Of a DNA stretch of 64,000 nucleotides, positions 50,541 to 61,115 are shown in pieces. The DNA is taken from assembly GCA_052089225.1 (NCBI GenBank), contig JBQCZP010000001.1, forward strand, positions 125,478 to 189,477. Direction: 5' to 3'. The stretch comes from Nesterenkonia sp. (GTDB taxonomy: Bacteria > Actinomycetota > Actinomycetes > Actinomycetales > Micrococcaceae). The notes below the pieces were generated by a model. The model was not told where the DNA came from, did no database searches, and worked only from the letters and a program-made list of their open reading frames with translations. Each line of letters starts with the position of its first letter. Within the stretch, counting starts at the first letter, position 1. The position numbers were made by a program, and so were the translations under genes.

Positions 50541-51467
50541 TCAGTCGCCTACGGCATTGCGCCCGCGCCGCACCAGCAGCGGATCAGGCTCACCGACGAT
50601 CTCGTGGTCCTTGCCCTCGTACTCGAACTGGGAGAGGAAGTAGCGCATCGCGTTGAGCCGGGCACGCTTTTTATCGTTGCTCTTAATAGTGATCCACGGC
50701 GCGTGATCAGTGTCGGTGCGCCGGAACATCTCTTCTTTGGCCTCGGTGTAGGCCTCCCAACGGTCCAGGGACTCCAGGTCCATCGGGGAGAGCTTCCACT
50801 GTCGCACCGGGTCGATCTGCCGGATGGCGAACCTGGTGCGCTGCTCCTTGCGGGTCACCGAGAACCAGAATTTGGTCAGGTGGATGCCGGCGTCGATCAG
50901 CATCTGTTCGAACACCGGGGCCTGCTTCATGAAGGTCTCGTACTCGTCGTCGGAGGCGAATCCCATCACCCGCTCCACACCGGCCCGGTTGTACCAGGAG
51001 CGGTCGAAGAGCACCATCTCGCCGGCGGTCGGCAAGTGATAGATGTAGCGTTGGAAGTACCACTGGCCCTGCTCACGGTCGCTGGGCTTGGACAGGGCGA
51101 CCACCCGGGCGGTGCGCGGATTCAGATGCTCGGTGAAGCGTTTGATGGTTCCGCCCTTGCCGGCGGCGTCGCGGCCCTCGAACACGATGACATGTTTGAG
51201 CCCATAGTCCTCGGCCCAGTACTGAAACTTCAGCAGCTCCACCTGAAGGTGATACTTCTCCAGTTCGTAGAACTCCCGGTCCAGGCGCTCGTCGTAGGGG
51301 TAGTTCTCATGCCAGGTCTCCACAGCGTTGCCGTGCGGGTCGATCAGGTCCGGGTCCGGGGTGTGGCCGTCGGTGACCTTGTATCCGCCGTCGCGCAGCT
51401 GGTCGATGAACTCGCGCAGATTGTCTCGGGGTTCGGCCTCCAGCCCTTCCCATGGTTGATTTCCCAT
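50541..51467 (-). CDS. ppk2: Polyphosphate kinase 2
   Basis: FEGRDAAGKGG, WYFQRY, FDRSWYNRAGVERVMGF and WKLSPMD. Confidence 0.95.
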   Translation of the reverse strand: MGNQPWEGLEAEPRDNLREFIDQLRDGGYKVTDGHTPDPDLIDPHGNAVETWHENYPYDERLDREFYELEKYHLQVELLKFQYWAEDYGLKHVIVFEGRDAAGKGGTIKRFTEHLNPRTARVVALSKPSDREQGQWYFQRYIYHLPTAGEMVLFDRSWYNRAGVERVMGFASDDEYETFMKQAPVFEQMLIDAGIHLTKFWFSVTRKEQRTRFAIRQIDPVRQWKLSPMDLESLDRWEAYTEAKEEMFRRTDTDHAPWITIKSNDKKRARLNAMRYFLSQFEYEGKDHEIVGEPDPLLVRRGRNAVGD

Positions 51468-51550
51468 CGGTTGAGACCCCTTTCTGTGACGGATGACGAC
51501 GGCGTCGTAGCCATAGAATCATCGGCCGGTGAACGTGCGATGAACGCAGA

Positions 51551-52627
51551 CTACAGGGCCTGCTCCCCCATCTGGCCGCTGCGGACCAGTGCGGTCAGCC
51601 GCGAGACCGCCCGGTGATACTTCTTCATGTAGCCCCCGCTCATCATCTCATCGGTGAAGAGCTGGTCGAAGGCCACCCCTGAGGCGACGATCTTGACGTC
51701 CTGGTCGTAGAGGCGGTCGGCGAGCACCACGAAGCGCAGCGCCAACGCCTGGGCGGTGATGGTCTCCACATCCTTGAGCACAAGGACATCGACGTCTGTG
51801 AGCAGCTGCCGATACCGACTGGGGTGGACGCTGGCGAGGTGATCGCAGAGGGCGGTGAAGTCATCCACCACCACCTGCTGGTCGCCGAAGTGCTCCGCGG
51901 CGAACTCCTCCACCGCAGCGTCTGCCAACGGCGGCGGAGCTTCTGCCAGTCCGCGGTGGCGGTAGTCCTCACCGTCGACCCGGACCACGCGGAACTGGTC
52001 TGCCAGCACCTGGATCTCCCGCTTGAAGTCGTCGGCGGCGAAGCGTCCGTCCCCCAGGGCGCCGGGCAGCGTATTCGACGTCGCAGCCAGCTTGACCCCG
52101 GCATCGGCCAGCTCGCGCAGCAGCCGGGACATCAGTGTGGTGTCACCTGCGTCGTCCAGCTCGAACTCATCGATGCAGACCAGGTCGTAGCTGCTGAGCA
52201 CCTCAACGGTCCTGCGGAAGGAGAGGGCACCGACCAAGTTCGTGTACTCCACGAACGTGCCGAAGGCGAGCCGGTCACCGGGGATGCCTTGGGCGCGCCC
52301 GGCATGGTAGAGCGAAGCCAACAGGTGGGTCTTGCCGACGCCGAAGCCGCCGTCGAGGTACATGCCGGCCGGCCCGGAGGGCTTCGGCTTTGCCCCGAAC
52401 AGCCTGCCCAGCAGCGACTTGCTTCCCCGGGCGCCCACAGTTGCGGCGAAGCCGCGCAGAGCCTCCACGGCCTCAGCCTGGGATGGGTGTGCCGGATCAG
52501 GGATGTAGGAGTCGAACGAAACATCGGCGAATCGGAACGAGGGCTCCAGGCCGGCCAGCAGATCATCGACGCTGACCTGCGGGGTGCGCTGCGAGAGCGG
52601 CGTGGCGGATTCGATGGTGGAGGGCAT
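51551..52627 (-). CDS. zapE: ZapE/AFG1-family ATPase
   Basis: YLDGGFGVGKTHL (Walker A), CIDEFE (Walker B), TSNTLP and DGEDYRHR; start re-called to ATG 52627. Confidence 0.9.
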   Translation of the reverse strand: MPSTIESATPLSQRTPQVSVDDLLAGLEPSFRFADVSFDSYIPDPAHPSQAEAVEALRGFAATVGARGSKSLLGRLFGAKPKPSGPAGMYLDGGFGVGKTHLLASLYHAGRAQGIPGDRLAFGTFVEYTNLVGALSFRRTVEVLSSYDLVCIDEFELDDAGDTTLMSRLLRELADAGVKLAATSNTLPGALGDGRFAADDFKREIQVLADQFRVVRVDGEDYRHRGLAEAPPPLADAAVEEFAAEHFGDQQVVVDDFTALCDHLASVHPSRYRQLLTDVDVLVLKDVETITAQALALRFVVLADRLYDQDVKIVASGVAFDQLFTDEMMSGGYMKKYHRAVSRLTALVRSGQMGEQAL

Positions 52628-52763
52628 GGTCTCCACTCTACTGAAAATGGCCGACTGACCTGAGGTTGCCCCAGATGACACGAGTCTGTGAACCGGTGGA
52701 CGCCCAGCGTAGGCTGAACCGTAAGTGACCGCGTTCCCCCGTGAGCCTCATGAAAGGTGGCCC

Positions 52764-53651
52764 ATGACCGAGAAGGACCTCTCCCAGTACGCCAACCCCG
52801 ATGCACTGGTCAGCACCGACTGGCTCGCAGAGCACCTCAACGATCCCAACGTGGTGGTTCTGGAGTCCAATGAGGATGTGCTGCTCTTCGAGACCGGCCA
52901 CATCCCCTCAGCGGTGAAGATCGACTGGCACACCGACCTCAACGACCCGGTCACCCGCGACTTCCTCGACGCCGAGGCGTTCGCCGAGTTCGCCTCGTCC
53001 AAGGGGATCACTCCGGACTCCACGCTGGTGTTCTACGGTGACAAGTCCAACTGGTGGGCCGCCTACGCGCTCTGGGTCTTCACCCTCTTCGGCCACCAGG
53101 ATCTGCGGCTGCTCGACGGCGGCCGCGCCAAGTGGATCGCCGAGGACCGCGAGATCACCACTGAGGTGCGCACCCCGCAGCCGACCCAGTACCCGGTGCC
53201 CGCCGGGCGCGACGATCAGACCTTCCGCGCCTTCCGTGAAGACGTGATGGATCACTTCGGCAGCCCGATGGTCGATGTCCGCTCAGGGCCGGAGTACACC
53301 GGCGAGGTCACCGTGGCCGCCGGCATGGAGGGTGAAGGCGCCCTGCGCGGCGGCCACATCCCCACTGCAGCCAGCGTTCCGTGGGGCCGGGCCGCCAATG
53401 AGGACGGCACCTTCAAGTCCCGGGCCGAGCTGGAGGAGATCTACACTCATGAGGCGGGAATCGGCCAGGCCGATGAGGTCATCGCCTACTGCCGCATCGG
53501 TGAGCGCTCCTCCCACACCTGGTTCGTGCTCCAGCACCTGCTGGGATACCCGAACGTACGCAACTACGACGGTTCCTGGACCGAGTGGGGCAATGCTGTG
53601 CGACTGCCGATCGCTGTGGGCGAAGAGCCGGGGCAGGCCCCTCGGCAGTAG
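52764..53651 (+). CDS. Tandem-rhodanese sulfurtransferase (SseA/CysA type)
   Basis: GHIPSAV, LLDGG, GGHIP, active-site YCRIGERS and NYDGSWTEW; ATG 52764 after AAAGG. Confidence 0.92.
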   Translation: MTEKDLSQYANPDALVSTDWLAEHLNDPNVVVLESNEDVLLFETGHIPSAVKIDWHTDLNDPVTRDFLDAEAFAEFASSKGITPDSTLVFYGDKSNWWAAYALWVFTLFGHQDLRLLDGGRAKWIAEDREITTEVRTPQPTQYPVPAGRDDQTFRAFREDVMDHFGSPMVDVRSGPEYTGEVTVAAGMEGEGALRGGHIPTAASVPWGRAANEDGTFKSRAELEEIYTHEAGIGQADEVIAYCRIGERSSHTWFVLQHLLGYPNVRNYDGSWTEWGNAVRLPIAVGEEPGQAPRQ

Positions 53652-53660
53652 CATGGAGAC

Positions 53661-54119
53661 ATGACCGAAACCGCTGATCTGCCGCAGACGCTGACCGAGA
53701 TCGTGGAGGACTTCCACGCCGTCACCGAACGGGAGCGGCTCGAGCTTCTGCTTGAGCTCTCCCGGGAACTGGCGGAGCTGCCTGAGAGCTACAGTGACAA
53801 CTACAGCACCCAGATGGAACAGGTGGTGGAGTGCCAGACGCCGCTGTTCCTGGCTGTGGAGTACGACGACGCAGCGTCCACTGCGCAGCTGATCTTCGCC
53901 GCACCGGCCGAATCCCCCACCACCAGGGGCTTCGCCTCCATCCTGCAGCAGGGCCTGTCGGGGCTGAGCTATCAGCAGATATTGGACATTCCCAATGATC
54001 TGCACCAGCGGATGGGCCTGGCCAAAGCGATCACACCGCTGCGGCTGCGCGGAATGAGCGCGATGCTCAGCCGCGTCAAGCAGAACATTCGCCAGCACCA
54101 GGCGCAGCAGGTCGGCTGA
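53661..54119 (+). CDS. sufE: SufE-family sulfur acceptor protein
   Basis: VECQTPLF, AESPTTRGFA and ITPLRLRG. Confidence 0.88.
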   Translation: MTETADLPQTLTEIVEDFHAVTERERLELLLELSRELAELPESYSDNYSTQMEQVVECQTPLFLAVEYDDAASTAQLIFAAPAESPTTRGFASILQQGLSGLSYQQILDIPNDLHQRMGLAKAITPLRLRGMSAMLSRVKQNIRQHQAQQVG

Positions 54120-54132
54120 GTCCCACCGCAGA

Positions 54133-54194
54133 ATCACCCTCCTAACGCTTCATCACCGTCGTAGACGAGGGTGATGAGGCGTTAGGAGGGTGAT
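54133..54194. repeat. Long inverted repeat; bidirectional terminator or REP-like element
   Basis: 25-bp arms ATCACCCTCCTAACGCTTCATCACC / GGTGATGAGGCGTTAGGAGGGTGAT (one G-U) around 12 nt, between convergent genes. Confidence 0.8.
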
Positions 54195-54201
54195 AGTTGG
54201 T

Positions 54202-55572
54202 TCAGGGTGCATCCTCGTGGTCGGCGGGCTCGTCCTCCGCCGGCCGCTGACCGGGCTCGGGTCGGGTGAGCAGCTCCACCAGCCACCTGCTGACGTACTT
54301 CTCCCAGCGCTGAGGCCTGTGATTCCACTCCTTGACGTGGCGGGCGTTGGTGAAGGGCACGAAGGAGACCCTGGCGTTCTTCTGCGCCAAATCCCGACTG
54401 GGGCCGTAGGGGACGAGTTTGTCGTCGATGCTGTGCAGGATGAGGGTTCGCATATGCAGCTGATCGGATCGGTCGATCCAATTGAGGGCCTTCAGGTCCA
54501 CCGGAGAGGCCAGGCCGGTGACGCGGCGTCCGGCCCGATTGGAGATGAACCAGCGAGTCAGTCGGCCCACCGGCTCAGGGATCTTCAGTGCTCGGGCCTG
54601 GGAGGCAAGCACGTCGATCCAGTCGATCACCGGGCCGGTGAGCACCAAGCCGCGCACATGAGTGGCCAGCGGTGACAGGTCCGCTGCCTGCAGGCAGATC
54701 GCACCCCCCATCGACCAGCCGAAGAGGACGACCTCCTGCGCCCCATGCTCCAGGGCATAGCGGACGCCGGCCTCCACGTCCTCCCACTCGGTGATGCCCA
54801 ACCCGTACTTCCCATCGGGGGCCGCCGGGGCCTCACCGTCATTGCGGTACGACATCAGCAGCGAGTCGATGCCCAGCTCCTTGGCCAGCGGCAGCGCCTT
54901 GATGCACTCGGTGCGCCGGCCCCCGCGGCCGTGGATCATGATCCCCCAGACGTTTCGGCCCGCCAGAGGGCCCTCGGGGTTCTTCGCAGGCACATACCAG
55001 GCCGGGGCTCGTCCGCCGGGCAGGTCAACGACCACATCCTCGGCGTCGAATCCGGCCTCGTGCGGATTGAGGTACACCACCGAGGACCACCATCCGCGCA
55101 CTGCAGTGCGAAGGTCGCCGCTGCTGAGAGACTCCACGCGCCGAGCCAACGTGCCGTCGCGCGGAGTGAAGCTGGTGATCTCCCCGATGCGGGCGAAGGA
55201 GTGGCCGCCGTCGAAGTAGAGCCCATAGACGCCGTCCACCGTGGTCTCCGGCGTCGCCGGCAGTATGACTTCCTCGCCGCCGTCGCGTCCGCGGACCACC
55301 GCCAGGACCTCCAAATCCTCCACGCGCTCTTTGACCGGAGTGACGACGCGGTGTGCGAAGTAGCCCGCCACAGCCGAGGCTGCGGCAGTCAGCGTCATAC
55401 CCGCGGCAAGCCCGGTGCCGACACCCAGGGCCGTGGCTCTGACCCACGGTGTCGGCTCGGGGCCACGGGGCACCCGCCGCAGCAGCGCCTTGACCTGACG
55501 CTCACCCTTGGCCTGTGCCCATTCCGAGGAGTCTCTCGCTCGGCGCAGCGCGCGCTTCAGGTCCCGGTCCAT
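54202..55572 (-). CDS. Alpha/beta hydrolase with an N-terminal hydrophobic anchor
   Basis: IHGRG oxyanion motif, GWSMGG nucleophile elbow, HSIDD, HVKEWN; start re-called to ATG 55572 after GGAGG. Confidence 0.85.
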   Translation of the reverse strand: MDRDLKRALRRARDSSEWAQAKGERQVKALLRRVPRGPEPTPWVRATALGVGTGLAAGMTLTAAASAVAGYFAHRVVTPVKERVEDLEVLAVVRGRDGGEEVILPATPETTVDGVYGLYFDGGHSFARIGEITSFTPRDGTLARRVESLSSGDLRTAVRGWWSSVVYLNPHEAGFDAEDVVVDLPGGRAPAWYVPAKNPEGPLAGRNVWGIMIHGRGGRRTECIKALPLAKELGIDSLLMSYRNDGEAPAAPDGKYGLGITEWEDVEAGVRYALEHGAQEVVLFGWSMGGAICLQAADLSPLATHVRGLVLTGPVIDWIDVLASQARALKIPEPVGRLTRWFISNRAGRRVTGLASPVDLKALNWIDRSDQLHMRTLILHSIDDKLVPYGPSRDLAQKNARVSFVPFTNARHVKEWNHRPQRWEKYVSRWLVELLTRPEPGQRPAEDEPADHEDAP

Positions 55573-55631
55573 AGATCCTCCCTGCTGGTGGCAACTGTCC
55601 CCCACTCTACGTGCGGACGTAGAATGAAATC

Positions 55632-56033
55632 ATGAGTAATGATCCGTATACCGAGAGGCTCTCCGACTTCGAATACCACGTGCTGCGCCAGGGCGGCACT
55701 GAGCGTCCCTACACCGGCGAGTACTGGGACAATCAGCAGACCGGGGTATACACCTGCAGGGCCTGTGGCGCCAAGCTCTTCGAGTCAGACACGAAGTTCG
55801 ACGCCCGCTGCGGCTGGCCCAGCTTCTACCAGCCCAGCGAAGACGCGAACGTTACGTATGTGAAGGACACTTCCTTGGGCATGGAACGCATCGAGGTCCG
55901 CTGCGGCTCCTGCGAATCCCACCTGGGGCACCTGTTCGAGGGAGAGGGCTTCGAAACGCCGACCGACCTGCGCTACTGCATCAACTCCATCTCCATGCGG
56001 TTCGAGGAGAACGCACAGGCCGGGCAGGGCTGA
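55632..56033 (+). CDS. msrB: Peptide methionine (R)-sulfoxide reductase
   Basis: GTERPY, CRAC, CGWPSF, RCGSC..HLGHLF and RYCINS. Confidence 0.96.
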   Translation: MSNDPYTERLSDFEYHVLRQGGTERPYTGEYWDNQQTGVYTCRACGAKLFESDTKFDARCGWPSFYQPSEDANVTYVKDTSLGMERIEVRCGSCESHLGHLFEGEGFETPTDLRYCINSISMRFEENAQAGQG

Positions 56034-56035
56034 GG

Positions 56036-57097
56036 GTGGGCAAGCAGCGCGCCCGCGTATCCGCTCAGCTGGACCCCGCCTTCGCCTCCGACAACACCGC
56101 AGGAGTCAGCCCTGAGATCCTGGAGGCCATCACCGATGCCAACTGTGGTGCGGCCCTGCCCTACGGCACTGATGCAGGCAGCGAGGAGCTGACCCGGTGG
56201 GCCAAGGCGGAGTTCGGCGCCCAGGCGGAGATCTACCCGGTGTTCAACGGCACCGGCGCCAATGTGGTCTCCCTGCAGACGCTGCTTCCTCGCTGGGGAG
56301 CCGCCGTCTGTGCCCAGCAGGCCCACGTGAACAACGATGAAGGGGCTGCTCCTGAACGCCTCGGCGGGCTGAAGCTGCTGCCCCGGCCCACCGGTGACGG
56401 CAAGCTCACCGCAGAAGACCTCCTCGCCGAGACGGGCGCCCTGGGATTCGTCCACGCTGCCCAACCCCTTGCTGTGACAATCACCCAGTCCACCGAGCTG
56501 GGCACGCTCTACACCCTGGATGAGACAGCCGCCCTTGCAGAAGCGGCACACTCCCACGGTATGGGCGTCCACGTCGACGGCGCCCGGATCGCCAATGCGG
56601 CGGCCGCTCTCGGAGTGTCGTTGGGCGCAGCCACAGCTGACGTCGGTGTTGACGTGCTGTCCCTCGGGGGCACCAAGAATGGGGCCATGGCAGCTGAGGC
56701 GGTCGTCGTGATCAATCCCGAGCGCAGCCACGGGGCCGACTACATTCGGAAGTTCTCGATGCAGCTGGCCAGCAAGCAGCGTTTCCTCTCCGCCCAGCTG
56801 CTCAGTCTCTTCGGATCTGACCTGTGGCGGCGCAGCGCTGAGCACGCCAACGCGCAGGCCGTCCGCCTCGGTGAGCGGCTCAACCGGGTTCCCGGGGTGC
56901 GACTGGCCAGCACACCCGCCGTCAACGCCGTCTTCCCACAGGTGCCCCAGGAAGCAGCTGCCCGCATTCAGGGGCGCTACCTGGCGCACGTGTGGGACAC
57001 CGCAGCCAACGGCGACCCCGTGCTGCGGCTGATGTGCTCGTGGCAGACTACCGATGAGCAGATCGATCAGCTGGTGGCCGTCGCCGCCGGGGAATGA
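56036..57097 (+). CDS. Low-specificity threonine aldolase family (PLP)
   Basis: FASDN, FNGTGAN, TQSTELGTLY, HVDGARI and GGTKNG. Confidence 0.88.
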   Translation: MGKQRARVSAQLDPAFASDNTAGVSPEILEAITDANCGAALPYGTDAGSEELTRWAKAEFGAQAEIYPVFNGTGANVVSLQTLLPRWGAAVCAQQAHVNNDEGAAPERLGGLKLLPRPTGDGKLTAEDLLAETGALGFVHAAQPLAVTITQSTELGTLYTLDETAALAEAAHSHGMGVHVDGARIANAAAALGVSLGAATADVGVDVLSLGGTKNGAMAAEAVVVINPERSHGADYIRKFSMQLASKQRFLSAQLLSLFGSDLWRRSAEHANAQAVRLGERLNRVPGVRLASTPAVNAVFPQVPQEAAARIQGRYLAHVWDTAANGDPVLRLMCSWQTTDEQIDQLVAVAAGE

Positions 57098-57153
57098 GTC
57101 GGTGTGCGGCGTGCCTCACGCACCTGGAACACGCAGATCCCTAGTCTGAGCAG

Positions 57154-57825
57154 GTGACCGTATTCGGCCCGTTGGGCGACCCCGCTGCGCGCGCGTCCGC
57201 TGTGTCCGGCCTCGACCAGCTGCCGGAGACTTTCCGCGATGCGCTGACCCAGCTGCGTCGGGCCGCACCGCGTGCGGAGGCCCTGGTCGAAGAAGTGCCT
57301 GCCCCGCGCAGGCTGGCCCCCTATGCGGTGGCGCTGCGCGCCGAAATCACCGGCGATGATGCCGGTTCCGGCAGCCACCCGGTGACCCGGCTGCGCCCGG
57401 CGGCTGAGAACGATGAGGTCCTGGCCGCCGGACGAATGATTCTGCTCTACGATCCGGCCGGTCAGCAGGCCTGGGGCGGAACGTTTCGGATGGTCATCTA
57501 TATCCGTGCCGAACTCGAACCTGAGATGGGAAACGACCCGCTTCTGGCGTCAGTGGCCTGGACCTGGCTGTGCGATTCGCTGGCTCAGTACGGAGTGGAG
57601 TACTCCCACGCAGGTGGAACGGCCACTCGGATCCTCTCGGAGTCCTTCGGGTCTCTGGAGGCCCGGCAGGCGAGCAATGACGTGGAGCTGCGCGCCTCCT
57701 GGACACCTGCTGACAGCTCGTTCGCCCCACACCTGGAGGCCTGGGCGGATATGGTCTGCTCCTTCGCCGGGCTGCCTCCGGTGCCCGACGGCGTCCTCGC
57801 CATGCCGCATTTTCGGAAGGGCTGA
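57154..57825 (+). CDS. DUF3000-family protein
   Basis: EEVPAPRRLAPYA, GRMILLYDP, WGGTFR and ELRASWTP. Confidence 0.85.
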   Translation: MTVFGPLGDPAARASAVSGLDQLPETFRDALTQLRRAAPRAEALVEEVPAPRRLAPYAVALRAEITGDDAGSGSHPVTRLRPAAENDEVLAAGRMILLYDPAGQQAWGGTFRMVIYIRAELEPEMGNDPLLASVAWTWLCDSLAQYGVEYSHAGGTATRILSESFGSLEARQASNDVELRASWTPADSSFAPHLEAWADMVCSFAGLPPVPDGVLAMPHFRKG

Positions 57826-57827
57826 GC

Positions 57828-59072
57828 ATGGCGGCACAGGTCGATCAGACACACCCGGAGGCCGAGGCGCGGCTGCTCACCGAACCCGAGCAGGGCGTAC
57901 CGGCGGTCATTGAGACAGACCGTGGTCTGCAGCGCGCCGCCGAAGCGCTGGCAGCCGGCACCGGACCGGTGGCCGTCGATGCCGAGCGCGCCTCCGGGTT
58001 TCGGTACGGGCAGCGCGCCTTCCTGGTGCAGCTGAAGCGGGCCGGTGCTGGGATCTGGCTCATCGACCCCGAACCGTTCGACACGCTGCTTCCGATTCAG
58101 CAGGCCTTGGGCCAGGCCGAGTGGATCCTGCACGCCGCCTCGCAGGATCTGCCGGGCCTGGCCGAACTGGGCATGCACCCGCACCAGCTGTTCGACACGG
58201 AACTGGCCGCCCGCATGACCGGGCTGCCCCGGGTGGGTCTGGGCGCCGTCGTCGAACAGCTGCTGGGCGTGCACCTGGCCAAGGAGCACTCCGCCGCAGA
58301 CTGGTCCAGGCGCCCGCTCCCCCAGGCCTGGCTGCGCTACGCGTCCCTCGATGTGGAGCTGCTGATTGAGCTGCGCGCCGAACTGAGCGCACTGCTGAAG
58401 GAACAGGGAAAGAGCTCCTGGGCCGCAGAGGAGTTCAACTACCTGCGCACCGTCAAACCGGCCCAGGTTCCCAAAGCTGACCGCTGGCGTCGCACGAGCG
58501 GACTGAACCGGCTGAAGTCTCCGCGGAAGTTGGCGGTGCTTCGTGAGCTGTGGTGCGCACGGGAGGCGCTGGCAGAGAAGAAGGACGTCGCACCGGGGCG
58601 GCTGCTGCCCGACTCAGCGCTCATCGCCGCCGCCGATGCGCAGCCGGTCACTGTGCCGAAGCTGCTGGCGGTGCCGGGCTTCCACGGCCGTGCGGCAAAA
58701 CGCGAGGCCCCGCGGTGGGTCCGCACCGTGAAGGCGGGGATCGCCACCGAGGACCTGCCCGTGCGCAGCCTGCGCAGCGGCACCCCCCCGGCGCCGCGCA
58801 CCTGGAAGGAGCGCAGCCCGGTGGCCTTCAGGCAGTTCCGCACCGCCAAAGAGCGCCTGGCCGCCCGTGCCGAAGCACTGAGTCTGATGCCGGAGACCCT
58901 GTTGGCACCGGCTGTTCTCAAACAGCTTTGCTGGGACCAGCCGGCACCTGTGGATCTGGACACCGTCTCGCAGCGGCTGCGCGATCTGGGCGCCCGCGAG
59001 TGGCAGATCCAGCAGAGTGGCGCGATACTCACGGTGGCGCTGCTGGAACCGGCTCCCCTCGAGGAGCTGTGA
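57828..59072 (+). CDS. rnd: Ribonuclease D (DEDD 3'-5' exonuclease with HRDC domain)
   Basis: VDAERASGFRY, WILHAASQDL, FDTELAAR, KEHSAADWS and YASLDVE. Confidence 0.9.
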   Translation: MAAQVDQTHPEAEARLLTEPEQGVPAVIETDRGLQRAAEALAAGTGPVAVDAERASGFRYGQRAFLVQLKRAGAGIWLIDPEPFDTLLPIQQALGQAEWILHAASQDLPGLAELGMHPHQLFDTELAARMTGLPRVGLGAVVEQLLGVHLAKEHSAADWSRRPLPQAWLRYASLDVELLIELRAELSALLKEQGKSSWAAEEFNYLRTVKPAQVPKADRWRRTSGLNRLKSPRKLAVLRELWCAREALAEKKDVAPGRLLPDSALIAAADAQPVTVPKLLAVPGFHGRAAKREAPRWVRTVKAGIATEDLPVRSLRSGTPPAPRTWKERSPVAFRQFRTAKERLAARAEALSLMPETLLAPAVLKQLCWDQPAPVDLDTVSQRLRDLGAREWQIQQSGAILTVALLEPAPLEEL

Positions 59073-59116
59073 GCCGTCTGCTTCGGAGAGCTGGATCAGC
59101 TCGGTAGAATATGAGG

Positions 59117-61108
59117 ATGACCATTCTGCACACGGTTCAGACTCCGCAGGACCTCTCCAAGCTCAGCGAGGAACAGATGACTCGCCTGGGCGAGGAGCTG
59201 CGGCAGTTTCTGATCAGCAATGTCTCTGCCACCGGTGGGCACCTGGGCCCCAACCTGGGCGTCGTCGAACTGACGCTGGCCGTGCACCGAGTCTTCGACT
59301 CTCCGCGCGACTCGATCATCTTCGACACCGGCCACCAGTCCTATGTGCACAAGCTGCTGACCGGCCGCCAGGACTTCTCCACGCTGCGCCAGGAGGGGGG
59401 CCTCTCCGGCTACCCGGAACGGGCCGAATCGGTGCACGACATTGTTGAGTCCTCCCACGCATCCAGCTCGCTGGCCTGGGCTGACGGCATCTCCCGGGCC
59501 AGGACCCTCAGCGGTGAGGGCGACCGGTACGTGGTGCCGATCATCGGCGACGGCGCACTCACCGGCGGTATGGCTTGGGAGGCGCTGAACAATATCGCTG
59601 CCGATAATGAGCGTCGCGTGGTGATTGTGGTCAACGACAACGGCCGGTCCTACTCGCCGACCGTCGGAGGCATCGCCAACCAGCTCTCCAAGCTGCGCCG
59701 CGGTGTGCTGGACAAGGTCCGCACCCACCATGCGTACGAGACGGTCATGGACGGCACCAAGCAGCGTCTGCAGCAGGGCGGGTCGATGAGCCAGTTCATC
59801 TACCGCGGTCTGCATGCGGCGAAGAAGGGCGCCAAGGACTTCTGGTCCCCGCAGGGGCTCTTCGAAGATCTGGGGATGAAGTACATCGGCCCCGTGGACG
59901 GTCACGACCAGCGCGCCATGGAAGAGGCCCTGACCGACGCCAGAAACTACGAGGGGCCGGTGATCGTCCACGCCATCACCGAGAAGGGCCGCGGCTACGC
60001 GCCGGCCCGCGCCGATGAGACGGACCAGTTCCACGCGGTGGGTGTGATCGACCCGGAGACCGGCGAAGCGGTCAGCCGCGGCTCGGCACGCTCATGGACC
60101 TCGATCTTCGAAGAGGAGATCTCGGCCATTGCTGATGAACGGCGCGACATCGTCGCCCTCACCGGCGCCATGGTCAATCCGGTGGGTCTGCGCACTATGG
60201 CGCGAAACCACCCCCAGCGCGTAGTCGACGTCGGCATCGCTGAGCAGCATGCGGTGGCTTCAGCGGCGGGCCTCGCCTATGGGGGCATGCACCCGGTGGT
60301 CGCGCTCTACGCAACCTTCCTCAACCGGGCCTTCGACCAGCTGCTGATGGACGTGGCGCTGCACAAGGCAGGTGTGACCTTCGTGCTGGATCGTGCCGGG
60401 GTCACCGGGCCCGACGGCCCCAGCCACCACGGCATGTGGGATCTCTCGCTGCTGCAGATGGTCCCGGGCCTGCGGCTGAGTGCTCCGCGGGATTCGCTCC
60501 GCCTGCGCGAAGAGCTGCGTGAGGCAGTTTCGGTCGACGACGCGCCCACCGTGGTGCGGTTCTCGAAGGGAACCGTCAACGATGAGATCGAAGCTGTCCG
60601 CCGGTTGGACGACGGCGTCGACGTGCTCCACGCCAGCGACCCTGTGGACGGCACTCACAGCAACGACGTCATGATCGTCTCAGTGGGCGCCATGGGAGAG
60701 CTCTCCCTGGACTTGGCCCGCCGACTGGAGGACCAAGGAATCACCGCCACTGTGGTCGACCCGCGATGGGTGCTGCCGGTGGCCGACTCAGTGGTGTCCC
60801 TGGCGGCCCGGCACCGCATTGTGGTCTGCATCGAAGACGGGGTGAAGGCCGGAGGCGTCGGCTCACGAATCCGTCAGGTGATGCGCGAAGCGGGCGTGGA
60901 CACCGCCCTCAACGAGGTGGGCCTGCCGGTGGAGTTCCTCGCCCACGGTTCGCGCAGCCAGGTGCTGGAGCGCGTCGGGATGACCGCGTCGAAGATTGCC
61001 CAGGACACTGTCGCCCAGGTGCTGGGCACCAAAGTGCCCTTCGCACGCAGGCTGCCCGGCGAGGACGTACCCACCGGTGAGATCCCGGTGTTCGGCACCC
61101 GCGGATAG
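59117..61108 (+). CDS. dxs: 1-deoxy-D-xylulose-5-phosphate synthase
   Basis: [28 protein letters not shown]...NDN TPP motif, IAEQHA and [13 protein letters not shown]; ATG 59117 preferred over 59111. Confidence 0.97.
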   Translation: MTILHTVQTPQDLSKLSEEQMTRLGEELRQFLISNVSATGGHLGPNLGVVELTLAVHRVFDSPRDSIIFDTGHQSYVHKLLTGRQDFSTLRQEGGLSGYPERAESVHDIVESSHASSSLAWADGISRARTLSGEGDRYVVPIIGDGALTGGMAWEALNNIAADNERRVVIVVNDNGRSYSPTVGGIANQLSKLRRGVLDKVRTHHAYETVMDGTKQRLQQGGSMSQFIYRGLHAAKKGAKDFWSPQGLFEDLGMKYIGPVDGHDQRAMEEALTDARNYEGPVIVHAITEKGRGYAPARADETDQFHAVGVIDPETGEAVSRGSARSWTSIFEEEISAIADERRDIVALTGAMVNPVGLRTMARNHPQRVVDVGIAEQHAVASAAGLAYGGMHPVVALYATFLNRAFDQLLMDVALHKAGVTFVLDRAGVTGPDGPSHHGMWDLSLLQMVPGLRLSAPRDSLRLREELREAVSVDDAPTVVRFSKGTVNDEIEAVRRLDDGVDVLHASDPVDGTHSNDVMIVSVGAMGELSLDLARRLEDQGITATVVDPRWVLPVADSVVSLAARHRIVVCIEDGVKAGGVGSRIRQVMREAGVDTALNEVGLPVEFLAHGSRSQVLERVGMTASKIAQDTVAQVLGTKVPFARRLPGEDVPTGEIPVFGTRG

Positions 61109-61115
61109 GCCACTC

